From Methanobacteriota archaeon (GTDB lineage: Archaea; Thermoplasmatota; Thermoplasmata; SG8-5; JAGLSY01): a stretch of 64,000 nt of DNA. Positions 19,301 through 26,215 of this stretch are shown here, piece after piece (position 1 is the first letter of the stretch; the number at the start of each line of letters is the position of its first letter). Where the stretch lies: assembly GCA_020696385.1 (NCBI GenBank), contig JAEHCQ010000001.1, positions 129,003-193,002 on the forward strand, read 5' to 3'. The position numbers and the translations under genes are program-made. The notes under the pieces are model-generated. The model was not told where the DNA came from. It saw only the letters and a list, made by a program, of their open reading frames with translations, and did not search any database.

Positions 19301-22037
19301 TGGCGATCCACAGGTTTGTAATGAGGAAGAACTCATAATACTGGATGGATCTGGTTCTACCGAACCTGGCGACGATATCGTCCTTTACGAATGGGACTTC
19401 GATGATGATGGAACATATGACTTCAGTTCCAGCAACTTCTGGGCCATAAACATCTGGAGCCTACCAGGAACTCATATTGTGACGCTCAGGGTGACAGATG
19501 CGGATGGATCTTCGGATATGTCGTTGACGACGATTGTCGTCAACGACATAGCTCCTGTTGCAGTAGCTGGCGGACCTTACCAGGGTTCGGAAGGCCAGAC
19601 CGTTTCATTCAGTGCCGAGGCATCTTATGAGCCTGGTGATGATATCATTCTCTATGAATGGGATTGGAACAATGACGGAGTTTATGAGGATAGCTTTGCC
19701 ACCTCGGGTGTGACACATACCTGGGACTCGGCTGGCACCTACATAATACGCCTCATGGTGACAGATGTGGATGGTTCCACGAATATCGCCACGACCACGG
19801 TGGAGATCATGGATATTGCCCCGGTCGCCATGCCAGGCGGACCGTATTCCGAAACTGAAGGAACAGCCATTAACTTCGATGCTTCAGCCTCTTATGAGCC
19901 TGGAAATGATATAATTCTGTATGAATGGGACTTTGATAATGATGGGGTATTTGATTCCATATCCGGAGATCCAATGTCTTTCTGGACATGGGACTCAGCA
20001 GGTGTTTCCAATATCCTTCTCAGGGTCACGGATTCGGATGGATCAACAGATACCGCGACGGTCATTGTCACTGTTTTGGATGTGGCTCCTGTCGCGGTGC
20101 TCGGAGGACCTTACACCACGGATGAAGGAATATCCATAAGGTTCGATGCTTCAGCCTCTTATGAGCCTGGAAATGATATCGTTCTGTATGAATGGGATAT
20201 AGATAATGATGGAGCATATGATGTTTCATCATCCGACCCATGGACAGACCATACCTGGAACACGGCCGATGTCTACGTCATCGGCCTTCGTGTGACTGAT
20301 TCGGATGGTTCACACGATGAGATCACCGTGACAGTCACTGTCAATGATCAGGCTCCTGTCGCGATAGCGGGTGGACCATATTCATGCAATGAGGGCGAAC
20401 TCCTTGTACTGGATGCTGGAGATTCTACAGAACCTGGAGATAATATCATATCGTACGAATGGGATATGGACAATGACGGGGTCTTTGAAGAGAGTTATAC
20501 CATACCTTATCTCATGCACACGTGGTACACACCAGGAACTTACACAGTGGGACTCATGGTCACAGATACAGATGGTTCTACAGATACTATCACCCTGGAT
20601 GTCCTTGTACAGAACATCGCCCCGGTGGCGGATCTATCCGGACCTTATCAGGGATCGGAAGGGCAATTGATATCATTCAATGCCGAGGCCTCCTATGAGA
20701 TCGGTGATGACATCGTTCTGTATGAATGGGATTGGAACAATGATGGAGCATATGACATTGAGACCGATGTGGCTGGTGCGAACCATCAATGGGATGAGCC
20801 CGGAACCTACACCCTGCGTCTCAGAGTGACTGATGAAGATGGTTCTTCTGATACGACCACGACCTCTATCGAGATAGGCCATGTGGCTCCGACAGCCGTA
20901 CCTGGAGGACCTTATTCATGCAATGAGAGCGAGGTATTGGTATTCGATGTTTCAGCCTCTTATGAGCCTGGTGATGATATCGTCCTGTATGAATGGGACC
21001 TGGACAATGATGGAATCAATGACGTGGTATCATCACAGCCAGTATGCTCCTATTCCTGGGATTCAGCTGGTCAAGTATCGGTCTATCTGAAGGTGACCGA
21101 TTCTGACGGTTCAACCGACATTGTGATATTCTCGGTCATGATATATGACATCGCCCCAACCGCGATGATCGTATCTGGACAATCTGGAGATGAGGCCTCA
21201 CCAATGGCCTTCGATGCTTCAGCTTCCCATGAGCCAGGTAATGATATAATTCTGTATGAATGGGATTGGAACGGGGACGGTATCTTCGACCTCATTGATC
21301 CTTCGCCATGGGCTCAGAATACCTGGTACACACCCGGCAACTATACTGTTTGGCTGAGGGTGACGGACGAGGAAGGATCCTATGACCTGGCAAGCATGAA
21401 CATCACCATCGAGGATCTGGATGACATCGATGGCGATGGATTCCTGGATATTTGGGAAGAAGCACTTCATACGGACCCACTGGACCCATATGACATGCCC
21501 ATCGATACAGACAATGACGGCATGCCAGATGGGGACCACTACAATAGCCAGATGTGGATGGACAATGATGACGACAATGACGGTGTCCTTGACAGTGGTG
21601 ATTCAGCTCCAACCGACGACTCGAAATACAAAGAGCCAACCGCCTGGGATAACTGGTGGTGGCTGGCACTTCTGCTAACTATCATCCTCATACTGTTGAT
21701 CGTACTGATCATCCTGTACCTCATGGAAGAGGAAGAGGAAGAAGAGGAAGAAGAAGAAGAGCTTGATGATGAGGAATTCGAAGAGGAATATGAGGAAGAG
21801 TTCGAAGATGAGCTCGCAATGGGAGCTTATGAAGCTGAAGAACCCGAAATGGAAGTCGATGAGGAACCCGAGATGGAGTTCGAAGAGGAAGAAGCCCTGG
21901 AGATGGATATCGATGAAGAACCATCATTGGACGAAAGGACCCAGATCCTTCTGGAGAAACTGGAAAACCTTTACCAGGATGGAAAGATAAAAGAGGATAC
22001 ATACATCAATAACAAGGAAAAACTGTTGGGGAATTAA
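7326..22037 (+). CDS. Giant (4903 aa) type-I membrane-anchored surface protein. Domain order: signal peptide; four jelly-roll (MAM/ConA-like) modules; about 14 CARDB repeats; about 16 PKD repeats; a DxDxDG calcium-binding (TSP3-like) segment; a transmembrane helix; a poly-Glu cytoplasmic tail
   Basis: Single ORF from the track. N-terminus: MKYAHSRKSSVVACRILAIFLMISLISPGIASASN. Recurring blocks NCWGTDL...LSFWHTHDFY...EGWYIDDV. CARDB-like 105-110 aa repeats between about aa 1770 and 3270. PKD repeats with the signature YEWDWNNDGxYD...VTDEDGS. DIDGDGFLD / DTDNDGMPDGD / DNDDDNDGVLD. WWWLALLLTIILILLIVLIILYLM followed by an EEEEEEEEEEEE tract. The SD-like motif GAGGTGGAGAC sits before the ATG. Confidence 0.9.
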   Translation: MKYAHSRKSSVVACRILAIFLMISLISPGIASASNSLMGNDITSQGLVDIEPVINGMVTNDHDADDGGASLFGAIGDTTNFDHDIEVSNILSPADAGVYPTDAVEINATIKNLGIEESFDVRYEVGYYDNANTIFFQDDMEGGNNGWSHYGFGDEWERGYPSAGPGSAHSGFNCWGTDLNSYYSNNADQWLVSPSIDLTATSTATLSFWMYVNIEGYVWDHAYVYINDGVDHQLYYSGTGSGPHNTAWQYYEYDVSAYTGGMVTLKWRLDTDSSVTYTGVYVDDVTINTTMDSKVILQEGIESVSNLPAGESMNLFGSSYTFTTEGDNFYMDVESLLASDQDTSNDIMTANYTIADIHDVGVSSINYPENGELYPIGMQAVNATVINSGTLTESFLVQCTIRDSSYAIVYSDTESVTGMPYGTESIVTFAPQWNALVEDDYTIEVMTILGTDEDPSNNNLTGSFTIEDIEDVGTSALRSPEIGNFYRDGAVEIDASVINHGNVPRSFITNYTIGTATVTNQNIFVDDFESGAIGWTQTGGIQGQNTIVDENFDGSFPPAGWNVIDYQGWGMTWYRNDMVGSANYAGTGFCADADSSALWGPGVNTGLRTPSFNLVGYTDATLNFSHSYLDFTIGTGDYAEVRVSTNGGFSWSQIAYYNEQHSPFGPGEAVSLSLNAFLGQPSVTVEFHYDDYSWDFWWMVDDVEIIGTSAMSPQWQLGAPAFGDVTNAHGGTNCWGTDLIDNYYPDMSATLTSPSFSLSGTSNERLSFWHTHDFYNTEAGGIVEVSVDNLPWVKIDPIAGDSWYSTSNAFSGADAFTGDTYQDWYQSTYDMTPFNGSNNVRLRFSFQSTSNIACHEGWYIDDVMVTGEIISLNNIIGWGDEMVSNLQPGEEVDVFGNSHIFTSEGMYHIEVKTLLASDEDNSNDIISGFFEIKNVFDVGASVINSPAIGVAYPVGALEINGTVTNFGNVPASFITNYTIGSMNVTSNILYSDDLDSGALGWWTSDGGNEVIYNEEGSGTDSSNWYSTPGDDLFISAGDGFCYDVSSTTGDGISLYSSGNFITFDLSGNAGAVLDMSLDAYLFYGTSSRVKYLGVYGGSTPATSSLIDASSAYTVSNSGSTISWDNINIPSSPYYIKILVGFPSSLNTFAFDNYTFKLTQPGSSFEIGAPSYGDITNANSGANCWGTDLTSNYVPDTTCKVTSPAFDLSTGTDNEKLSFWHTHDFYSSEGGGIVEISTDNSTWTKVDPIAGDTWYSTSNAFSGADAFTGDTYRDWYQSTFDLSPFSGNSDVRARFTFQSSSDPTCNEGWYIDDIVVTGDIIVLSSIIDWGDQMVSNLQPGEGINVFGNTYTFTSEDTYYIQMNTQLATDEDNTNDQVDGFFLIDNLYDVGVVSIDSPLDGGVYGALSVPIEATVENYGNVPVSFITNYTLGNYTLDEISILEDDFEAGAPGWVATGGIMAFDESDIQVISFPTFSSVPTNHPFTFTYPATGAGTIYLDAKDGDFDSTAEYIDVWAETTTGTYIGRGQIGAQNNPNWMPTTPHSWTVSAAQINAWGASGTINIVCSFSSGVNDLGGDNEVRIRLTYPSAVTPWELGVPFNQDITSANSGTNCWGTDLTANYISDSEVTLTSPSFDLTPSMMNEELSFWHSHDFYNTEAGGVVEISTDPAHTTWTKIDPIAGDSYYNSCNAFSGGTAFTGDTYRDWYQSTFDLSAYRSYNDIQIRFNFKSSTSATCHEGWFIDDVNITGVALVGMNVLDTKDEMVVNLQPGEQFNVFGNTFNFTKEEYYWLNVETRLANDEMNSNNYSSSLFEIYNYDDVEIVSIEPFDQNIMYPISIYSPNATISNIGNYYASGFNVTCDIRNGMGTLVYSDTVAISTIMLPGETRTIDFLDWNALTETDYIMTIHIDYALDEDSSNDDLAVGFIIEDVYDVGAYDITGMVNGDTYTTGSYGISTLVRNFGNIPQPSFDTICQITDSLGITVYSNIQTIGLMPDEEAMISFTPTWDAFVEGVYTIDCFTLLAGDEFNTNNGTQITVIINDIYDATVLSIDSHTNGDTYPTGEQRITANIGILGNVPSPSFVVACTVTSSTNNQVYYDEETVPAGLSPGAFVDILFSPFWNVNVEDTYHISVETRLLGDEVPTNDQMDIMIFIDDIYDLGIVSMDPFVNSGSYPIDTYQLEATVQNLGNVPTSGFEEVYFEIQDDMGIPLYNNTVMIGSGLLPGDTETIVVCPEWNASIEGIYYQYATTTMAIDHNTANDDMLIWMEIDDVLDLEVTSIDTFTNAGTYPGGSYTINATLSNLGHLDIMNQLVECKVASSSGTVVYTSQYTLPSLAAGNSTQITFTPDWAINIEDTYIVQVWTALTGDENPGNDLRSMVIYLDNLHDAEALSIETFIDGGVYYADSYFVNGTIWNNGNVPISGFDVSVTVIDSSNTQVYYSTTTISSLLLPGENANVSIQPAWIPTQPDTYRIKLRTTLSGDEVPSNDEIEYMIQIEGHDVGAIDIPGFTNNATYNTGTYQVDGIIKNFGSLQENDVGVTCDVRDSTNAIVFTTTHIIPSINPSEEVAFTFATNWTVAIEDTYTIEVFTTLNYDLITINDLTSRSIIIDDLHDIAVISSAPFVEGGTYSAGTYSINVTLDNLGDIDEANVLVNCTIVDSLSTIVYSSEFTIPSISNMQTISFTPDWNAMILDDYTMTISVIFPTDENAANDILTVNFTIGIYHDIAMIGTPTFLDGGIYPTGSYAMKAVIENIGTETESPVFIACEIFDSSNTSVYMSLGGVGIVNSGDQAEATIGLIWNALIEGDYTIKLDAILPTDQNMANNQFIISISIDDKHDIAVTDIQTFLDGGIYSTGTYTINATVENAGTSLENNIMVNCTIRDSLNVIVYSSEYTITSMDWGTSMDIIFLPNWTANIEEDYTISVTSYLAIDDDNTNNQTLNTFTIDEFHDIVVTGMGPFTEGSSYNQGDYNITADIVNNGSIEDTNILINCTVTDGIGTIVYWDEVTVASLLSGENTTVTFLPWTADSEDNFTITITSSLANDDNTINDVMACHIVIDDYHDIALTGFGPFIDGGVYQTGTNTMTASITNMGTIAEIDITVNCIIYDSTMSIVYFRNSFIPLINPGQTIIVTFSPDWTANIEDDYRIYYECWHPLDDDPTNDIENIYITVDEYHDIGLTTTQPFADLGVYPAGTYTIDVSIENLGTIDEYGMEVVCMIIDSSSGVVYSQNLTIAFIAMGDTMIITFIPDWIPSADDSYTLIATVGLANDENIINDQHSTLFYIDMTPPTADPGPDDFTFEDSIYFFDGTGSYDQHGIMNYTWDFGDGQIGYGPAPDHTYSLQGIYFINLTVADAMGLTDTNMMTLMVNNVNPTADAGMDISIPEGDIVNFDASNSTDTISDIPTLVYTWDFGDGNTSNLMTPAHTYYSSGTYMVTLEVMDDDGAISYAYINVTVINVGPIAVPGGPYMDDEGTIISFDASGSYEPGSDIILYEWDWNNDGIYDESSVGPSANHTWYAAGVYAISLKVTDEDGHSHETGTNVTINDVAPVSVHGGPYSGNEGTIITFNGSSSYEPGDDITLYEWDLDNDGTFETIGMEVSMSWFTAGVYTVGLRVTDEDGSSDISTTTVDVIDVAPVAIIIGGSIVVEEGESIILDGSNSYEPGDDIILYEWDMDNDGTFDHTSISPLFVNNWGAPGTYTVLLQVTDEDGSVGNETTMIIISNVMPIADPSGPYQGSEGQAISFNAGASYEPGDDIILYEWDWNNDGVYDESSAVPGITHQWDVPGTYTLRLMVTDDDGTTDMAMTTVVVHNVAPIPVPGGPYSDLEGAAIVFDASGSIEPGDDILLYEWDFDNDGIFDSISGSPLSSMTWYSAGMFNVLLRVTDADGSSGMATVMVTISDVAPVAVLGGPYTGDEASSVMLDASASSEIGNDIILYEWDWNNDGTYDFSSSNPWAANTWYTSGAYTVWLKVTDEEGSIDLSSAVVNVNDIAPTADAGDPQVCNEEELIILDGSGSTEPGDDIVLYEWDFDDDGTYDFSSSNFWAINIWSLPGTHIVTLRVTDADGSSDMSLTTIVVNDIAPVAVAGGPYQGSEGQTVSFSAEASYEPGDDIILYEWDWNNDGVYEDSFATSGVTHTWDSAGTYIIRLMVTDVDGSTNIATTTVEIMDIAPVAMPGGPYSETEGTAINFDASASYEPGNDIILYEWDFDNDGVFDSISGDPMSFWTWDSAGVSNILLRVTDSDGSTDTATVIVTVLDVAPVAVLGGPYTTDEGISIRFDASASYEPGNDIVLYEWDIDNDGAYDVSSSDPWTDHTWNTADVYVIGLRVTDSDGSHDEITVTVTVNDQAPVAIAGGPYSCNEGELLVLDAGDSTEPGDNIISYEWDMDNDGVFEESYTIPYLMHTWYTPGTYTVGLMVTDTDGSTDTITLDVLVQNIAPVADLSGPYQGSEGQLISFNAEASYEIGDDIVLYEWDWNNDGAYDIETDVAGANHQWDEPGTYTLRLRVTDEDGSSDTTTTSIEIGHVAPTAVPGGPYSCNESEVLVFDVSASYEPGDDIVLYEWDLDNDGINDVVSSQPVCSYSWDSAGQVSVYLKVTDSDGSTDIVIFSVMIYDIAPTAMIVSGQSGDEASPMAFDASASHEPGNDIILYEWDWNGDGIFDLIDPSPWAQNTWYTPGNYTVWLRVTDEEGSYDLASMNITIEDLDDIDGDGFLDIWEEALHTDPLDPYDMPIDTDNDGMPDGDHYNSQMWMDNDDDNDGVLDSGDSAPTDDSKYKEPTAWDNWWWLALLLTIILILLIVLIILYLMEEEEEEEEEEEELDDEEFEEEYEEEFEDELAMGAYEAEEPEMEVDEEPEMEFEEEEALEMDIDEEPSLDERTQILLEKLENLYQDGKIKEDTYINNKEKLLGN

Positions 22038-22132
22038 TAGAGCCTATCTCTTTCGATCAAAAGCAGGAACACGCCCTCGTGAAATTACGTAACCATTATT
22101 AGATAGAACGAAATGACCATCCTGGGATTAAT

Positions 22133-22519
22133 ATGTCATGGCAACAAGCTGAAGTAAGGACTCTGAAAGTAGGTAGATACGTCATAATAGACGACGTGCC
22201 CTGTAAGATAACATCTTACAGCGCATCCAAGCCAGGAAAGCACGGTGAGGCTAAGGCTAGGGTAGAAGGCTCTGATATTTTTTCAGGACAAAAAAAGAGC
22301 TTCGTGAGTCCAGTCACTCATAAGATCAAAGTACCGATGATCGACAAGAGGGGCGCACAGATAATCGCGATACAGGGTGAGGAAGTTCAGTTGATGGACC
22401 TTGAAACCTATGAGATGTTCAATGTTCCGATCCCGGAGGAACATGCGGATGCACTGGAACCTGGAAAGGAAGTACAGTACCTCATAGCCATGGATAGGAA
22501 AAAGATCACCAAAGTGTGA
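22133..22519 (+). CDS. eif5a: Translation initiation factor 5A (aIF-5A, hypusine-containing)
   Basis: MSWQQAEVRTLKVGRYVIIDDVPCKITSYSASKPGKHGEAKARVEG is canonical eIF-5A, including the hypusine-loop SKPGKHG. Confidence 0.95.
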   Translation: MSWQQAEVRTLKVGRYVIIDDVPCKITSYSASKPGKHGEAKARVEGSDIFSGQKKSFVSPVTHKIKVPMIDKRGAQIIAIQGEEVQLMDLETYEMFNVPIPEEHADALEPGKEVQYLIAMDRKKITKV

Positions 22520-23349
22520 GCATGAAATTCGCGGATGCTGATTCTGATTTTGATAGTGCGCGATTCATTATATTCGGCGCTCCGATAGATGTATCTGGTA
22601 GCCACAGGCCTGGTTGTGGTCTGGCTCCGGAAACTATACGTGCGGAATCATTCAATTTTGAAACATATCTGTATGATCTTGAAGTGGATCTCATACAGTC
22701 AAGTATATGCGATCACGGAGACTTTGATACCCCCTCTGAAATTGAGAAGGCTGCTCGAAAGATCGCTTCCGCCGGCAAGTTCCCGATGGCCATGGGTGGC
22801 GAGCATTCGATCACTCCTTCGATCATATCCGGATTCGATCCCGAAGGTCTTTCTGTTTTAGTTTTTGACGCTCACCTGGATTTCAGGGATTCATATGAGT
22901 ATGATAAGAATAGTCACGCCTGCGCGACCAGGCGCATATCCGAGATAATTGGCGTGGAGAATGTTGTTCCGATCGGTATTCGCTCCATATGCTCCGAGGA
23001 ATTGGAGGATGCGCGAAAAGCCGGCCTTACCTATCTCACGGTGGATGCTTTCCGTGAGAATGAGCTATCAGTTCTTCTTACCTATCTGGATGGACTGCTT
23101 TCAGATAAGATATACATATCATTGGACATGGATGCTATCGATCCCTCTTTCGCTCCAGGGGTGGGCACTCCAGAACCTTTTGGACTTTCACCATTGATGG
23201 TCAGGGATATCATCCGTCATTTTGCAGATCGTCTTGTGGGCTTCGATGTCGTGGAAGTTTGCCCGCCAGTGGATAATGGCAACACATCGGCATTGGCTGC
23301 CAAGCTGATGAGGGATGTGATCGGTTGTGTTTCTAAAAATACAGATTAG
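22516..23349 (+). CDS. speB: Agmatinase (arginase/ureohydrolase family)
   Basis: Motifs GGEHSITP, DAHLDFRD and SLDMDAIDPSFAPGVGTPEPFG. Its start overlaps the aIF-5A stop as ATGA. The eif5a-agmatinase pairing is a conserved archaeal arrangement. Confidence 0.9.
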   Translation: MSMKFADADSDFDSARFIIFGAPIDVSGSHRPGCGLAPETIRAESFNFETYLYDLEVDLIQSSICDHGDFDTPSEIEKAARKIASAGKFPMAMGGEHSITPSIISGFDPEGLSVLVFDAHLDFRDSYEYDKNSHACATRRISEIIGVENVVPIGIRSICSEELEDARKAGLTYLTVDAFRENELSVLLTYLDGLLSDKIYISLDMDAIDPSFAPGVGTPEPFGLSPLMVRDIIRHFADRLVGFDVVEVCPPVDNGNTSALAAKLMRDVIGCVSKNTD

Positions 23350-23421
23350 ATATTTGCCCAAATGCTTTATATATAGGTAAAGTGTATAATATTAAAGAAT
23401 TATATATATTGCAGGTGTCCA

Positions 23422-24177
23422 ATGAGCTCAGATTTCACCCTGGATAAATACTCAGAGCTTTGCTCTTCCCTCATCAAGAACTACGAGGTCGTGAGAATCT
23501 GTGATTTTCTTATGGCTCCTTCAGATGATGATATCGTGCTGCTGAGGCATGATGTGGACAAGTACCCGGACAGGGCTCTTAGAATGGCGAGCCTGGAGGC
23601 GGAGCACGATATATTCTCAACTTATTATTTCAGAATGGTTCCAGAGATATTTGTACCAGATATCATAAAGGAAATTGAAGAAATGGGGCATGAGATCGGC
23701 TATCATTACGAGGTCATGGACAAGACGGATGGCAGTTTAAGCGAGGCAATTGAGATCTTTGGACAAGATCTTATTCAATTAAGGGAGATCGCGGATGTCA
23801 AGACCGCGTGCATGCACGGCAGTGTGATGAAGAAATGGAAGAACCTGGATATCTGGGATAGATGCGAGCTATCTGATTTTGATCTTATTGGCGAGCCTTA
23901 TCTTTCACTGGATTTCTCCAAGATGGCGTATTACACCGATACAGGGCGCAGATGGGATGGTTGCGCGATAGACGATTGTGTCGAAGGCAATATCGCCCAT
24001 CCTGTGAAAGTCACGAACGGGCTCATCAAAATAATTGATGAGCAGGTATTCGATAAGATGATGATACTCACCCACCCCCAGAGGTGGTGTGAGAAGGGAT
24101 CGGAATGGACAAAAGAGCTTGTGGGCCAGAATATCAAAAATGTGGGCAAGCGGATCATCAAAAGGGGGAGACAATGA
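23422..24177 (+). CDS. Polysaccharide deacetylase-like protein (CE4 superfamily)
   Basis: LLRHDVD (the TFDDG-like motif) and MGHEIGYHYE (the GHEIG-H motif 2 of CE4 deacetylases). Confidence 0.55.
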   Translation: MSSDFTLDKYSELCSSLIKNYEVVRICDFLMAPSDDDIVLLRHDVDKYPDRALRMASLEAEHDIFSTYYFRMVPEIFVPDIIKEIEEMGHEIGYHYEVMDKTDGSLSEAIEIFGQDLIQLREIADVKTACMHGSVMKKWKNLDIWDRCELSDFDLIGEPYLSLDFSKMAYYTDTGRRWDGCAIDDCVEGNIAHPVKVTNGLIKIIDEQVFDKMMILTHPQRWCEKGSEWTKELVGQNIKNVGKRIIKRGRQ

Positions 24178-25205
24178 GGATCCTGGTCGATATCGGACAC
24201 CCGGCGCATGTGCATCAATTCAAGAACATGATACGGGGTCTTGAGGCCGAGGGTCATGAATTCAAGATTACTGCTCGTGATAAAGAGATGAGCATTGGCT
24301 TGCTTGATGCTTATGGCTTTGATTATGTTAGTCTTGGAAAGCCCTCGAAGGGCATTGTGGCCAAGACAGTTGGAGCCGCGAGAACGGATAAGCGATTATT
24401 GTCGATTGCGAAGGAATTCAAACCCGATGTCCTTGTTGGGGGCAGTGGGAACCTGTATGTCGCTCATGTGGGCTGGCTTATTAAAAAAAGATCAATCATC
24501 TTTGAGGATTCCGAACCAGAACAGAAGATCAAATTCGCCTATGAGCCGATGGTGACCAATATCTGTGTTCCAGAGGGTTTCAAAGGAAGTGTGAATTCCA
24601 AATACGTACGAGTGAAGAGCTACAAGGAATTGGCCTATCTACATCCGGATAATTTCACACCAGATATTAGTGTTCTTGAGCGAGCTGGCATTGTTGAAGG
24701 AGAAAGGTTTACATTAGTCCGATTCGTAGGTTGGGAGGCCGGCCACGACACCATGAAGAAAGGCCTGGATCTAGCTATGAAGATAGAGCTTGTGGAGAAA
24801 TTGTCCAAGCATGTCAAGGTTCTGATATCATCCGAGGGCGAATTGCCTGAGGAGTTGAAGAGATACCAGATGACCATCAAACCTCACGAGGTGCATGATC
24901 TGATGAGCTTCGCTTCTCTTATCGTGACAGATGGCCAGACCATGGCCACCGAGGGCGCGGTCCTTGGAATTCCGGTGGTGAGATCCGGTGCTTTTGTCGG
25001 TTCCATGTCCAATTTCGATGAACTGGAAAATGATTATGGGCTGATGTTCTCCATCAAGGAAGGGGCGGAGGCCGTGGCCAAGGCTCTGGAGCTTATTTCA
25101 GATTCTGGGCTTTTGGAGGAGTGGCAGATTAAGAGGCAGAAGCTGCTTGATGACAAGATCGATATGTCCAAGTTCATGATGGACTTCATTCTGGAGGGTG
25201 GCTAG
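24174..25205 (+). CDS. DUF354-family protein (predicted GT-B fold glycosyltransferase-like)
   Basis: Starts MRILVDIGHPAHVHQFKNMIRGLEAEGHEFKITARD. I place the start at the ATG at 24174, which follows GGGGGAG and overlaps the upstream stop as ATGA. The track's earlier start at 24105 adds 23 residues that overlap the previous gene. Confidence 0.6.
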   Translation: MRILVDIGHPAHVHQFKNMIRGLEAEGHEFKITARDKEMSIGLLDAYGFDYVSLGKPSKGIVAKTVGAARTDKRLLSIAKEFKPDVLVGGSGNLYVAHVGWLIKKRSIIFEDSEPEQKIKFAYEPMVTNICVPEGFKGSVNSKYVRVKSYKELAYLHPDNFTPDISVLERAGIVEGERFTLVRFVGWEAGHDTMKKGLDLAMKIELVEKLSKHVKVLISSEGELPEELKRYQMTIKPHEVHDLMSFASLIVTDGQTMATEGAVLGIPVVRSGAFVGSMSNFDELENDYGLMFSIKEGAEAVAKALELISDSGLLEEWQIKRQKLLDDKIDMSKFMMDFILEGG

Positions 25206-26212
25206 TGGACATCCTTCTTATCAACAATAGCAGGAAGGGATTGGGCGGCACCGCCAGTTACACCAGGCAGATGCAGAAGCATTTCAAGGCCGATCTTTTA
25301 GAACCGGAAGATGAAATGAGTGATATCAGATTCCTTATCAAGCTAATGTTAATGAAAAAGCCTTCCGGGAAGGTGATCCACGCCCAGCTTCCGATCTACG
25401 CATTACCCTTTTCTTTCAGAAAGAGGAATAAGATCGTGATCACCCTGCATGGGGACAATATGAAGGCGATGACCAGGAAACACGGTCGCTTCATTGGTAA
25501 CATGTACAGGATAATGGAATTCATGGCTCTGCGCCGTTCTGATCGGATCATCGCTGTCGATGATTCTACTTCTTCAGCTTATTCAAAAAGGGATCCGAAC
25601 CTGGGGATCATAACGATCCCGGTTGGCATAGACCTGAACCATTTCAAGCTCCTGGACAAGGATAAGGCAAGAACGAAGTTCAGTCTCACTGGCAAGGTCA
25701 TCATGTACGTCGGCAGGCTGAGAGCGGATAAAGGTGTGGACATTCTGATCAAGGCGCATGAACTTGTCAGGAAGCAAGTTCATGATCTCGAGCTCGTGAT
25801 AGTTGGTGAGGGTAAGGACTCTGCCAGTCTGAAGGAAATGGCTGGTGATGATGTCAAATTCTTTGGCTTCAGAAAAGCTCAAGAAATTCCAGAGATAATG
25901 AACTGCGCGGATGTGTTCGTCATTCCCTCTCTGTATGAGTCCGGCCCCCTTGTAGTTCCAGAAGCCATGGCTTGTGGTGTTCCGTGTGTGGGCACGGATG
26001 TCGGGCGCATGAGGGAATTTATCAGTGATGATAGGTGCGGGAGGATCATCGATAGGAATGTGGAAGCGGTTGCCAGTATGATCATCGAAGTTATCAAAGC
26101 TGGAGATTCGAGAGAACATTGCAATAAAGCGGCCCAGGAATTCGGATTCGCCAAAACAGCGGACGAAACATTAAAAATCTACGAGAGTTTATTCATACAA
26201 GGAAGTGCCTGA
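25205..26212 (+). CDS. GT4-family glycosyltransferase
   Basis: C-terminal VIPSLYESGPLVVPEAMACGVPCVGTDVG (EX7E-type GT4 motif). GTG start overlapping the previous TAG stop. Confidence 0.8.
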   Translation: MDILLINNSRKGLGGTASYTRQMQKHFKADLLEPEDEMSDIRFLIKLMLMKKPSGKVIHAQLPIYALPFSFRKRNKIVITLHGDNMKAMTRKHGRFIGNMYRIMEFMALRRSDRIIAVDDSTSSAYSKRDPNLGIITIPVGIDLNHFKLLDKDKARTKFSLTGKVIMYVGRLRADKGVDILIKAHELVRKQVHDLELVIVGEGKDSASLKEMAGDDVKFFGFRKAQEIPEIMNCADVFVIPSLYESGPLVVPEAMACGVPCVGTDVGRMREFISDDRCGRIIDRNVEAVASMIIEVIKAGDSREHCNKAAQEFGFAKTADETLKIYESLFIQGSA

Positions 26213-26215
26213 GCG

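Noticed and set aside
22038-22132. Looked for a terminator hairpin after the giant gene or a structured leader before eif5a
   Set aside because: No convincing stem-loop or T-tract was found, only a generic AT-rich promoter-like spacer.
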